DNA of 62,844 bases, the filler included, from Choristocarpus tenellus KU-1152 (lineage: Eukaryota; Protista; Phaeophyceae): assembly GCA_964200185.2 (NCBI GenBank). It is 11 parts of 11 records of this genome, joined end to end, with 100 filler letters (N's around TTAATTAATTAA, not from the genome) between each part and the next. Parts side by side here need not be neighbours in the genome. Positions count along the whole stretch, not along the records: positions 19,799 to 26,624 come from CAXNAD020007262.1; positions 26,725 to 31,157 come from CAXNAD020014573.1; positions 31,258 to 37,050 come from CAXNAD020009740.1; positions 37,151 to 44,254 come from CAXNAD020006692.1; 7 more parts are not named here. One strand, 5' to 3'. Below the pieces are notes generated by a model, which was given only the letters and a program-made list of their open reading frames with translations, had not been told where the DNA came from and searched no databases. Positions 24,995-37,744 of the stretch are shown here, piece after piece. The stretch's first letter is position 1; every line of letters begins with the position of its first letter. The position numbers and the translations under genes were made by a program.

Positions 24995-25312
24995 TACATA
25001 CACATACAAGCATTTTATTTGTTGATAATCTCATTAAGTCTCTACTTGTAATGGATTGTTTTGGATATGGATACATCTTCCGGGAATCGGAATCGGGTGC
25101 AACCAGTTTCTGCTCCCCCCTCTCTTGGAGACGGAACGTGTGTCATCTGGATTATGTACTTTGAGGGTATACTTTGTCTTGTATCACGAGGCTACCCTGG
25201 CCAACCTCCTTGAAGTTGTGATGTACCACAGAAACGTGTGTGAACAGGCTGGAGACCTGCTGCTAGAAGTGGTGGACTACTGTGCCCGAAAGATGACCCT
25301 ACTCATATCGGG
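23614..25312 (+). CDS. ZMYND10: ZMYND10/BLU dynein-arm assembly factor, 5' exons (tentative 23614-23685; 23967-24079; 24389-24545; 25107-25312)
   Basis: [37 protein letters not shown]...EILAIEAWK...YFVLYHEATLANLLEVVMYHRNVCE...LLEVVDYCARK matches the ZMYND10 N-terminus. Confidence 0.92.
24943..25008. repeat. (CA)n/(TACA)n microsatellite
   Basis: Direct reading; intronic. Confidence 0.95.
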
Positions 25313-25977
25313 GTGAGGTCTTTTTTAGTACCCATAACCCTAACCCTAACCATAGTACTGTAGACACATGCTATACCCGATGAGTTTTGTGGAAGGGATC
25401 CATGTCTGAACATCCGTGGACGTGCCATGACATGACCACGAGGCTTGTAAAACCTTTGCTCAAATAACAGGGGGGCTCACCGCCTCAAGTCTTTCCTCCA
25501 TCACATGACATTGGTTTGACAGCTGGTGACAAGCAGGGTTTCGGTTTGGTTCGACAACTGGGTTGTACATCCTAAGTATGCAGTGAACTGAGATTTTTCT
25601 AGGTAGCATGTCTTGTGAAGACAGAGCCGACTTCTTCCCCTGAGTGAGCATGGCGTTTGGTGTGGAGACGCGTCGATAATGCTTTGTGCTGTTTGTACTA
25701 GTCATGCCCACCACCAACCTTTACTGGGACAGGTCACACTCTAGCCTCGTTGGTTGTGTTGATTGGTCAAACTCTGTAACTGCCAGAGCAACTTGAAGAA
25801 TGAAAAGTAGTTCATCCTTAGCAACCTTGGGATTGCAATGCTCTACTCCTAGTTCCTTCCATCCCAACACTCTCCAAAACGTACTCGTGACAAAGGAAAG
25901 TGAAATAAAGTACCATATGACCAGTTACGCACCATTCTACCCCTGGTCTGGTTCATCTGCAGCAAGAAGTGCTCCCT

Positions 25978-26181
25978 CAGTACCTCTATTCAGCACCTCT
26001 GTTCAGTACCTCTGTTCAGTACGTCTATTCAGTACCTCTATTCAGCACCTCTATTCAGCACCTCTGTTCAGTACCTCTACTCAGTACCTCTATTTAGCAC
26101 CTCTATTCAGTACCTCTGTTCAGTACCTCTGTTCAGTACCTCTATATAGCACCTCTGTTCAGTACCTCTATTCAGTACCTC
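25978..26181. repeat. 13-bp minisatellite CAGYACCTCTRTT, about 15-16 copies
   Basis: Direct reading. Confidence 0.95.
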
Positions 26182-26334
26182 ATCCCTCTGGGTCTGGTTA
26201 CACACTTCATCCCTTCTTTTCACTATTTTTTTTTTTGCTAACTAGTCTTCTCAAACCTACGCACAACACTCGCCGTAACCCTGAGTCCAGCGCCTCCCTG
26301 AAATTTAACAACACCATCTTTTCTACCACGACCA

Positions 26335-26624
26335 AACCTAACCCCAACCCTAACCCCAACCCCAACCCCAAACCCTAACCATAACCCTAACTCCAAACCA
26401 TAAACCCCAACCCTGACCCTAACTCCAAACCGTAACCCCAAACCCTAACCCCAACCCTAACCATAAACCCCAACCCTAACCCTAACTCCAAACCCTAAAC
26501 CCTAACCCCAACCCTAACCCCAAACCCCAAACCCTAAACCCCGAACCCTAATAACCCTAACCCCAACCCCAACCCCAAACCCTAACCATAACCCTAACTC
26601 CAAACCATAAACCCCAACCCTGAC
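26335..26624. repeat. Degenerate telomere-like array (CCCTAA/CCCCAA/CCATAA/CTCCAA), interstitial
   Basis: The C-rich strand runs toward the right contig end, the wrong polarity for a true telomere; downstream of a ZMYND10 donor site. Confidence 0.9.
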
Positions 26625-26754
26625 NNNNNNNNNNNNNNNNNNNNNNNNNNNNNNNNNNNNNNNNNNNNTTAATTAATTAANNNNNNNNNNNNNNNNNNNN
26701 NNNNNNNNNNNNNNNNNNNNNNNNGTGTTCAGGGGGAGGGGGGGGGAAAGGGAG

Positions 26755-26810
<56 letters not shown>

Positions 26811-29800
26811 GGGGGTCTGGGTAGTATGGTGAGCGCAAGGAAAAACTCGATGGAGAAGGCGGTGTCTTCTTTTGTGCATGCCCTCGGGAATGGCACTAGC
26901 CCAGAGTAGGTTGATTGATGCTAGGGCTGAAGTGAGTCAGTAATTGAACTGCAAGGTTCCCCTGCATCAGCCTGCCATTGTGCTGTGGTGCCCACCTTGC
27001 TTGCTGTTTGTGCGAAAGCACGCCGTGAACATCGATGTATGGAAGGTTCACGTTAGGGGTCCCGCTGTTAGTTCTGATTGGCAAACCAGGCGTCTGAGAG
27101 GAGCAATCACTGGTACAATTGTTGACTCGGGACATGGAGTGTGGCACTCAACCTAATGTACCCCACTTAGGGGCAGACAGAAGGAGGTTCATGACTATGG
27201 GCTTCGCTTGCCGGTGTTGGCATGATGCTTCAAGTGTCACTGATAGAGTAGGTTGTCCCTCACCTTCTGGAATGCTACAGAGGGGAAGGTAGGGTAGAAG
27301 TCGCGCCCAGCAGGGCAGGTGATGGAGTGCTTTTGCCGAATTTGTGGGTTGTGTATGTTCCATATGTTGTCAATACACATCACTTGCTTTCTACTGAGGA
27401 GATTCACATGTGCCACACACAGATAGATAGATGGCCATGAAAAAACATGGCAAGCAGAGAGTTTGAAGGTATTTCTCAAGGACAAAGTCCCTAGTTCCGA
27501 CAATATCACATAATGTTTTGCACAGCATAGATGGGGAAGGAGGGTCATCTACACTCAGGGCTTCATATCAGACAGGGGAACCCATGCAGGGCTGGGATGT
27601 ACCGGTCTGGTAATATGTGTTTTTACAAGGCTGGTGAAGGGTCTTTATTCCCATGGTATTTGGGACAATTTGGGGTCAACCCAACCCGACCCAACCCAAA
27701 CCACATTTTTGACCGGCCTGGTCCAGTTCCAATACACTTGCACAGAGTCGTCATATATATTAAGGGGGCAGGCCCAGTATGGTTTGTGGCCCGGTCCCAG
27801 TACAACATGTGTTAATAGAGCCAGTCCAGGGCTTCCAAAATACTTTCGACGGACCAGTTAAGCTGTTGGTCTGGTCTAAAGCCCTTATGATGTTCCACAA
27901 TCCCAGTCAACCTGGAGGGCAGAGAATCGAGTTACTAATAGGACAGGTTTTTCAAGAATGCTCCTTTGCAGTTCATAATATCTTTTTTTTGTAACTATTG
28001 TGGTTTGCACTGGTTGTCGTCCAGTTTGTCAATTTCTTAACACGATCACCAGTTGCAACCCTGGTCGTGTTGCTCTATCTGGTCACACTGGGTGAATAGT
28101 AGTACCCAATAGTTAAATGTTGGGATTCTATTGTACCACCCTATCAGTTCTCTGGCCAAAATAATATTCAAGTCTATATAATAAGCATGCCGGAGCTCAA
28201 CCGGTCACAGAACCCCATCTCTTGCCTGGTTAGGGTTGTTCCTATCCACCTAACAGGATATAAATATTCCCGTTCTGGAAGCTTAAGAGATTCTGTTCCA
28301 ACTCTACTACAGAAAAATGTTTTTTTCTTTTGTACATTATTATTATTACATCTTGTGCCAATTTTGTTCCACTCCTCTTCTTCAATAATAATAGATCGAA
28401 CTACTATACTGCAATTATTAATTATAAGCAAACTGAACAAAGCGCATGTCGTTCTGGCCTACAAGCGTCATGGAGCCAAAAAAGTACTCCTATGTTGGGT
28501 GGACAACCGACAATATACTAGCTTGGTAGTACGATCCAAAGTTAAACGGACAAGGGATATTGTAGAAAAACTTCCTCTAACACGTTTTTCGGACAACAGA
28601 CGTTACATAGAGAGCAAAATTGTGCTAAGAGTGTTGAAACGGATAACGTCGGTTGTAGGTCGAATATGACCGGACGTTCTACGGAAACTGTAGCGTTGAG
28701 AGTTACCTTGTCCGAACTGTGTAAATATTCGTGCCTCTTACAACATTTAGTGTGGTGTAAAACAAAATTCTGACAAACCTTTAAATTTCTACTGACCTTT
28801 CTATTTTATGAGTTCATGGTCAACCTTGGGTGTCGTCTACTACTACTCGAGAATAATGATGACATATATACGAAAGTAGATCCATGCATGTCCATGCAAC
28901 ATATTGTATGACCGACCGTCCATGCTTCGATGATTCTGGTCCTCTCCTGTGGTCTCTTACTATCAATCACACTTCACACAAAATCAACCGGACATACCCA
29001 CCAACCTCAAATTAATAAAACAAAAATGAAGGTTGATGCTACCCACATACATACTACAACTCGGAGACCCTGAAGACAAATTCATACTGTCGTCAAATGA
29101 TAGTTGTATTTTCTACACAAAGATAAATTATACTGATAAATGAGACTTACACGGTAGTAACGATAATATAATAGTAACAGAATGTAATAAGTAAATACCA
29201 CAGAGTAAAGTGCTATGAAATCGTACTTCCTCATTGAAGAGAGGGTTCATTGCATTGCTCCATGCAATAATAAATTGTTGATTCTTTGTCTTCCCTTGTT
29301 CTTGGTGACATCACATGAGGTTCATGCTATTACAAGCGCGTGTTCGTGTCGTACTCTTCAAGCATCCCCTCACTCCACAGACACCAAAAACCCACCAAAT
29401 GCACTCCCTTTCCACACGGGCTACTGTGTCCTAAGTAACATAATTCAAACAATAATTTCACCTCAAGCCCACAAACACACACAGTGAGGAAACATGAGAT
29501 ATCACAAGCATCATAGACTGCATGGGTATGGGCAGCAGCATCTGGTAAACAAAGAAGTTAAGATCAAGAGTATTCTGTGTGGAAGTACAGACTGGGCAAT
29601 CAAAGACATTGCTGGTGCCTTTCAAAACTCACAACAGGCTGTCGTAGCTCCTTAGAGGAACAATAACACTCGCAACAAGTTGAAATTACATGCACAACAC
29701 ACCAACGATTTATGTGCCAATTGACTTGATGTACACATAGCTCCCACAGGAGTACTTCACGTCACCAACAACGACAAGGTGAGTGGGTCAGCTTCACAAG

Positions 29801-30131
29801 CATCACCATTTGCTGCAGTCACTTCTCTAGTGGCAAGCAACCAATCACACCAACCCCCACAAGATATTTCGAAGTACTGTAAATCCTAATCATCGAGAAT
29901 GTTCTTGTACTGGAGACACAGTAAGCACAAGACAATCCATCTGCATAAATCAATCAATCAGCTCTTCAGTCCATTAAAAAAAAAAGTACTCTCATACTAT
30001 CAACTAAATCACCTCTTCCTCGGTGCTTCGCAGCCTCCTCTCCTGCCCCCCCCCCCCCCCCCCCCCCTCTCAGAACAGGAATTACCATACTTTCCACTCA
30101 TTTGACTAATGTTGGACAAAAGTATTTATCA

Positions 30132-30390
30132 TTATCCAAACAAGTCATCAAGCAATGCATACAGTGCCCTCATTCCCTGTGCCTCCCCCCCCTCTGGACG
30201 CCCCGGAGACGAGCCCTGATTGTACGCCATGAAATCCATATGCACCCATCTCAATTTTTGCTTCTTGTCTCCCTCTCCCCCTGCCCCTCCCCCTGCGTCC
30301 CCTCCCAATTCAACACCAGCCTTGGCCTCCTCCTCCCGTGTCCCAATAAACGCCTCAAGGTATAGAGCAGCAGTGATGGCCCCACCATAC
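30132..30390 (-). CDS. M17 leucyl aminopeptidase, last exon
   Basis: YGGAITAALYLEAF...WVHMDFMAYNQGSSPGRPEGGEAQGMRALYALL; TTTAG acceptor. Confidence 0.88.
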
Positions 30391-31379
30391 CTAAAAGGGC
30401 AACAAAAAAAGAGACCCACAGACACGGTCAGAGCAACACCGCCAACCCCAACCATTGGAAATTGATGATGCGCAGAAAGGAGAGACAGAACAAAAACACA
30501 GAAGTAGGAGGGAGGGAGGGGGGGGGGGGGGGGGGGGGGGTTCACAGGGTAAAGGTAGGGGTGATGGGAAAAAACTGTAGGAAGGGGATGTGAGGAGCCA
30601 CACGCCCAGCGTGGACACTAGGTTCCACGGCTGCTTTACCCCCAACATGACTTGCACTTGCACTCTTTCTTGACTTGGTACACAGGTTTTCAGCCGGCAA
30701 AGTCTGCAACACTGCTGATTCCTCCCTCTCCATCCTCTCCCCAAACCCACCATTTCAAGTTGTTCAGTGGTACAATGTTTTTAGATCTGACCGCAGACCA
30801 AGTCTGTGCAAAAAACTGATTGATGTCAGCTAAATAGTGTGGCATCAGTGGGACAGTTTGAAGGTATATGGGTTACGACGGACTGAAAAAGGTGCACTCA
30901 CAATGTCATTTTTTCATGTGTGGATGCTCACACTTTATTGCTAATCAAATCAGCCTATATCTGTCCTACATCTATAAATGTCAGTGCTGTTTAGCAGTAT
31001 CCAGCAATTCACCAACAATCCACAGGCAGTACACATTAACATTGATCTCTCTGGGTACAACCTATCGGATGCTAAGGGGGGGGGGGGGGGGGGATATTAT
31101 TACCCCAAAAAAATTTAAAAAATAAAAATCAAGAAATAAAAAAAGACCCCTAAAAAANNNNNNNNNNNNNNNNNNNNNNNNNNNNNNNNNNNNNNNNNNN
31201 NTTAATTAATTAANNNNNNNNNNNNNNNNNNNNNNNNNNNNNNNNNNNNNNNNNNNNCCCCAGATACTTTGACCCTCATAATGCTGGCACACATTAGTCA
31301 TCCAATATTATTCCAACTCCCTTCGTGTGCTGAATGTTTTATCTCGCCACATACGAATTCCTGGGTATGTAGATAATGA

Positions 31380-32948
31380 ACCTCAAATGAACATTACTGT
31401 TGATACTACCACTGACATTCTAGTATTTTCACTCAGATATATCCAGGCCCACCCAACTCTTTGCAAGGTACCCATTTGGGAGATTCCGGCAGGCGCCCTG
31501 AATTTGAAAGGAGTGGGTGGTAGACCTGTCCGTTCATGGTTTAATTCAATTTGCGCTACGACTTGGTGACATATCAATGCCAATCCAAGCGGGTGTTATA
31601 CCTAAATTGGGAGTAGATAACATTTTATTGGATAACAGCACTATTTCAGGTTTTGGGGCAGTACTAGATTGGGATAAGGAGGTATGTTCTTTTAAAGACA
31701 GCGATATATGCATTCAAGCAACTCACAACATTATACCACTTCCCATGTGTTCCCCCCCAAGACATGTTTATCAGACTGAAAATCCATCTCTTCATATTTC
31801 AATTTCAGTGGTCACATCTGAGTTCACTACACCAGTGCAAACAGTAAAATAGATACACCTTCCCCCTGGCATGGAAATGCTTTGCCCCAGTTTGTTCTCA
31901 GGTACTCAGAGGAACAGATACCGATGCTGTGGCAGAACCTTTCGTTCATACTGGCACAGACCTTCAGCAAGAGGATGACATACACCCTCACTGGCAACAA
32001 ATTATGGTCAGTTGAACCCTCATTGTTTGGGAAGAAGATAGAGGATGTTTAGTGATAATTGCCAATTTATCTCAAAAGGGGTCAAGCTACCAGTGAATTA
32101 GCAGTTGGTCAAATCTTCCCTGTGTCAACCACACATTCCCTTTCAGATGTTACCATAAGTGCAGTTGCAGCCACACCCTCTACTCCCGAAGAACTGAAAA
32201 AAGCTAGGGACGATTCAAGGAATGTTTTTTCTAAGAAGACATTTGCAACAATACAACTGATGTGTTCTGGACAAGAGGAATTGCTAGACATTTTGGCTAA
32301 ATTCAGACCACTCTTTTCATTATCTGAAAATGAATAGGTTATTGCACCACTACATGTGTTGACTTTCCACTACAACCAGGCACCAAACCGGTTAGTAGAC
32401 CACCGTATTGTGCGGCACCAAAAATATGCAAAAACATTTATCAGTGTGTAACTGATATGGAAAAACAGGGCATTGTAAAACCGTCATCTAGTCTATGGGC
32501 ATCCCCTGTTACCATTGTTGCGAAACCTGATGGATCTCCGCACTTCTCTGTGGATTTTAGAGGAAACCTTAATAAACATTTGATATGTAACTCGTGGCCT
32601 TTGCCTTCCGTGGATGAGTGCTTACTGACGTTGGGGGGTTCAAAATACTTATCTTGTCTAGATATCCAATCGGCCTATTGGCAACTACCGATAACTGAGG
32701 AATGCTAGCAACAAAAAACTGCATTCATCACACCAGATGGGAAATATGAGTTTCAGAGGTTGTCATTTGGAGTCCAAAATTCACCGTGGATCTTCCAATG
32801 CTTCATGTCTGGAACTTTACCACAATCGGCCCTAGCTCTGGGTTATTGGTATATTTAGACGATATTGTTTTGGCCTCTCTATCTTGGGCACACTTCAAAC
32901 AGTTAATCATTACATCAATGTCAACCTTACAAACTGTAGGGTTAAGGC
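31380..32948 (+). mobile_element. Degenerate Ty3/Gypsy pol (protease, RT), cut by a Copia insertion
   Basis: GIVKPSSSLWASPVTIVAKPDGS..VDFR..LDIQSAYWQ..KTAFITPDGKYEF..YLDD, with stops and frameshifts. Confidence 0.92.
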
Positions 32949-33279
32949 TGTTTGCACTCTCCTAAAGAGCGCGGTGTGTTACCAAGAAGAAAAGGATGTA
33001 GATTGTGCTTTATTGAGTTACAGTGAAGAGTTAGCCCTATCCGTAACAGGGGGGTAGTTCCTAGTCTCCCTAATCACGCTTTCACGCAACTCCGGTAGAT
33101 ACCCGATAGAAACATTTCCTAAAATGTTCCTTTAACATCTCTATGTTCTGATGTCCGGATCCATCACTAATCTACCGTTTTACATACAATACCTTGCTGC
33201 GTACATAACTACTTCTTCATGTGTACTGATAGCAATATTTTGTGTGTACAGTACTTCAGAGCATCTCCTTGTGCAAACA
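32949..33279 (-). repeat. Copia 3' LTR (331 bp), PPT at 33280-33291
   Basis: Perfect 9-bp inverted ends TGTTTGCAC...GTGCAAACA, preceded on the minus strand by AGCAGGAGAGGA; internal AATAAA. Confidence 0.88.
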
Positions 33280-33603
33280 TCCTCTCCTGCTGTTCACTCA
33301 TAATATTCGATTACAACGCAACACTGATCCTAGGTTTTTATCCTAGCAACACTTCAAATGCTGAAAATTCAAATGATTAGAAATTCATTACACATGTAGC
33401 TATACTTAAAATCCTGAAAATTCAGATCGTCAGAAATTCATTACAGCCCTCACATGATGCATGAAATTACCACGATTGAGAGGTTTGGTGAGAAAATCTG
33501 CATGTTACTCCTCAGGTTCCACATGCACAACTTCTATGCCCTATCTAAATGCCTAAGGAAATGATGACGTACATCCATATGCTTTGTCCTAAAACCATTG
33601 TTT

Positions 33604-33861
33604 GAGTGAAAGTATCTTAGAGGGTATGGGTTTTTCCCTGTTTGTCCATTTGGGGCTCGGGTTCCCACGGGTGTTAAGTGACATTTTACCTTCTCCAAAG
33701 TATTTTGGAGTAGGTAAAAAGTGTATGTTATGAAAAGGTGTGTCCAGAACAAGAATGTTGACATCTCCTTACAAACATAGTAGCTAAAAATTCATCAAAA
33801 TTGCAACATTGGATTTTCGCCCCAAATGGACGCGGCTCTATCCTCTAAGATACTTTTACTC
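33604..33861 (+). mobile_element. MITE subfamily A, full length, TSD TTT, in Copia RNase H
   Basis: Removal restores SGNPNNGFRTKH. Confidence 0.95.
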
Positions 33862-36317
33862 TTTGGGTTTCCAGACAGCTTTGCAGCGGCCTCATTATCC
33901 TCATACATCAAGGTATAGTTAGTAGTCGTCCAGTCTTACAAACTTCAATACCTGTCTCAAGAAGGAGTACTTCCTTAGCTGTGCCACTCAAAGCCACATA
34001 CTCAGCTTTAGTCGTAGCCAAAGCCACCACCTTCTGCGACCTAGAAAACCACAAGAATGCTACACATCCCACGGTAATCAATCTCCCAGATACAGACCTC
34101 TATTGACCCAGATCAGATGCATAGTCCGCATCAGCAAACGCCTCCAGTCGCTTTTCCAGGTATCCATCATATGTGGTGCCAGTCCCCCTTGTGTGACTCA
34201 CATACCCCAAAATCTGCTTAACAGCTTCCCAATGCCTCTGTCCTGGGTTACCACTAAATCTGGTCAAACTAATTTCTGTGTTGGGAATATCAGACCTGAT
34301 CATGGTCACTAACCAGAGTAATGACCTCACTGCTTCCCGGTATGGAGTAGATGGGGCCAGTTTCGCACACGAATCCTTCTCAGACAGATTCCTGGTTTTA
34401 GATTCAGGCATATCATATTCTCTGATGATCTTGGACCGTTCCACCAACCCTTCCACATAGACTTGCCGATCAATCTTCAGTGTCCTCATTTTATGATCCC
34501 GTGTAAGGCAGCATCCCATATATAACTTTACATCCCCCAAATCCTTGACAGAGAATCCCTTGTTCAGAGCTTCCGCCACTGCCCTGCCCTTCTCCTGCGA
34601 GTGACTAGCCATCAACAGATGATCCACATGTGTGGCTATCAGTACTTCCAACACCCCGTGTTCCACTAGACGGAGTAAACAGGAGTCAGGCTCGCATTGC
34701 TTGAAACCTAGTCCCTTGAGGTTTTCAGCTAGTTTGAGATGCCAGTTGCGCGATGCTTGTGATCTCTTGAGCTTTCCTACCATTCCTGGAGCTGTTGTCA
34801 CATCCTCAGGTTGTTCGATGTAAATGTACTCCTTGACATCTGCTTGAACAAAAGCCTGTCGTACATCAGCATGTCGTAGTTTCATGTCCTCAGATAAAGC
34901 GATTGCCATCACCAAAATTAAAGTACTTCTCAACTGTGTCGGTGCAAATTTCTCTGTGTAGTCTAGTCCAGGGATTTGCCTGTTTCCCTTGACTACCAGG
35001 CGTGCTGGTACCCAGCCCTTCTCCCTCTGAATTTACCTTTCTCTTAAACACCCATTTGGTTCAGACTACATGGCGATCCAGGAATCATATCCATTTCATA
35101 TCGGTGCAGTCACTGAAGAAGATCATGAAATAGTAGCAACCCCCAAGGCTACCCACCCAAATCAGTGAATACCCTCTCAATTTTCCTTGTTGCCCGAGAT
35201 TCTGTACGTTACGGCACTGGTGCATGGTGAGATATGACCTGTGAACATCCAACACGCAGTTCCCAAGTTTCAGTGAGGTCAATTCCATTGGTTGTTGCAG
35301 TTTTGTGTGTTACCTGTTCATGAGGATGGCCAAGGCGTCAGTGAAATTCTTTGATGTCAAACCGGTCCTTTGATGTAGAACCCTATACATGTAGCCTGTG
35401 TAGAATCCATTCACCACTGGTATGACGAGATAACCCAGGCCATGGTTTCCCTCAATTGTCAACGAATCAGACTTGACAATACTGCGTTACCCTGACGTCT
35501 CGTGGATGGTTCGAACATAACATAGGTTGTAGGCTAGTGTGGGCACTACAACAACCTTCTTCATGGTCACACTGTACTCCACTTTCTCGTTCGCTGATGT
35601 CAGCACCATTTCCATCCAGTCCCATCCAGCAACGTCGTGTTCCTGTCCATCTCTGACAACCACCTTGTCTCCACTGCTATTGTTCTTCCAACCTCGTACA
35701 CCAGTGTCAAGAATCCATTCTACATCTGTGGTGTCCCCACGTCGCAGGTTGACTTGTTGGTCATGACCAGTGCTCCTCCCCTACGTCGGTGTCTCCTGCC
35801 AATATTCGTACCACATGAAGCATGATCCTGAGTGCTCTTGCTTCCATCGGTCCCATCATTGTCCCTACAATTGCCAGCACCGCCACCAGCAGTATGACCG
35901 CGATCCCCCAAGCCCCAATGTCGCTCACGGCATGTTGCTGTCAAATGCCCCATCTTCCCGCAGATGTCACACAACTTGTGCTTGGTAGGACACTTATTGC
36001 GGTAATGTCCCTTCTTGCCACAGGCGTAGCATTTTTCCGCTCCGATCGCAGTGCCACATTCTGCCTACTGGCCGCCAAAGCTGTCGTCGTCCTCCCCTGA
36101 TGAGCAGCTATCTCTATTTTCTCCTGGCAAAATCTGTTCGCAAGTCCCTGTTCCAACTCTGTCCTTGCTAGAGTTGTTGCTGCCATTAGCAACGTTTGTC
36201 GTTCTGACTCATACTCTTCCGGTAGTCCACCCAGAATAGTCACATTGAGTTCCTCATTGCTGACCATTTGTCCCAATGAAGTCAGCCTCTTACCCAGTTG
36301 TCAGGCTTTCAAGATAT

Positions 36318-36574
36318 GAGCCAAAGTATCGTAGAGGTTAGAGCTGCGTCCATTTGGGAGGCAAAATCCAATGTTGCAATTTTGATGTAACTTTGGCTAT
36401 CATGTTTGTTAGGAGATGTCAATATCCTTGTTCTGAGCACATATTTTCATAACGTCTACATTTTACCTACTCGAAACATTCTCGAGAAGGTAAAATGTCC
36501 TTAAAAACTGTGGGGAGCCAAGCCCCAAATGGACAAACACGGAAAAACTCGTACCCTCTAAGATAATTTCACTC
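36318..36574 (-). mobile_element. MITE subfamily A, full length, TSD TAT, in Copia gag
   Basis: Removal restores the frame ETQPYILKA*QLGKRLTSLGQMV. Confidence 0.95.
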
Positions 36575-37486
36575 TATATGGTTGGGTTTCCTCCCTAGGT
36601 CCAAGCTCGATGGACCTGAACTTGCCTCGAGCCTGAAGTCTCTCATCCAAAGTACGAGGTTCAGAATACTCGCACAACACATCCATGGCGGTTCTGGGTC
36701 CCTCGTGCTCAATCATGATCTCCAGCGCTATTCCCTTGCAAGCATTGAGAAGTACCATCCTTCCCCTGTTATGAATATCCCGCTCATCTACACTCCCTCA
36801 ATCCGCTCCTTCCTGCAGATTGTTCAGCTCCCCGCTGAATGCGCGTGATGTCCTGGTCGTCGCTATAAAAGTTTGGAAACGGGTTTTCCATGGAATCCAC
36901 TCTTCAGTCGCACTGTTGCACACGGGTCCTCCAATCTGTACATCAAGTTCCTGCTCCTCTGCAAGGGTCGTGATTGTAACTGCTGTTGCTGTTGTTCCGG
37001 CTGCCCTATCGCAGCCTGCCCTCCTTGCTGGGCCAACGCATCTTCCACAGNNNNNNNNNNNNNNNNNNNNNNNNNNNNNNNNNNNNNNNNNNNNTTAATT
37101 AATTAANNNNNNNNNNNNNNNNNNNNNNNNNNNNNNNNNNNNNNNNNNNNCATGCCAAACCGTTACCGGCTCCCCCCCCGGGGGGCCCGTCTTTCCTTGT
37201 ACCTTTGGCTTGGTCGAGGTCGCTTCCAAATCGTAGCAGTGCCCTCCACTAGCACCGAAATATTTTTGACCAAAAATATATATGCATTTTCCGCGCACCA
37301 TGCTGGGTCTTGCCCATCCTCAATAAAAAGCTTCGTCCTCAATTTTGATGATCGGTTGCTTTTGGGTGAGCATGGCAGTGTCACTGAAAATGGCCAAGAG
37401 CCTTCAGCTGAGGTGGTCTAGGCTGCAGAGAACAGACACAACACAATCACTCGTTTTGGGAAGATGACACCTAGGTGGAAGACAGA

Positions 37487-37744
37487 GAGTAAAAGTATCT
37501 TAGAGGGTACGAGTTTTTCCCTGTTTGTCCATTTAGGGCTTGACTTCCCACGGGTTTTCAATGACATTTTACCTACTCCAAAATGTTTTGGAGTTGGTAA
37601 AATGTTTACGTTATGAAAAGTAGTGCCCAGAACACGGATATTGACATCTCCAAACAAACATGATAGCCAAAAATCCATCAAAATTGCAACAGTCGACTTG
37701 ACCCCCCAATGGACACGGCACTACCCTCTTAGATACTTTGACTC
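37487..37744 (+). mobile_element. MITE subfamily A, full length, TSD AGA
   Basis: Both TIRs and hairpin. Confidence 0.95.

Larger units (their letters stand above)
32949..37050 (-). mobile_element. Degenerate Ty1/Copia element (gag, zinc knuckle, protease, RT, RNase H, 3' LTR); integrase core apparently deleted
   Basis: CDICGKMGHLTATC, WILDTG, DVRQAF...HVDHLL, FADADYASD, EDNEAA...RTKHMDVRHHFLR. Confidence 0.95.

Noticed and set aside
25978-26181. CRISPR-like array; 192-aa ORF 25800-26378
   Set aside because: Contiguous units without spacers and no cas genes; the ORF is translated repeat.
26335-26624. True chromosome telomere
   Set aside because: Wrong strand polarity, degenerate, and the ZMYND10 gene is unfinished.
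26727-26815. Poly-G tract / poly-Pro ORF
   Set aside because: Contig-edge homopolymer, possibly a sequencing artefact.
27557-28063. hAT-like element CAGGG...CCCTG (similar at 5577-5695)
   Set aside because: No 8-bp TSD and only a 5-bp end match.
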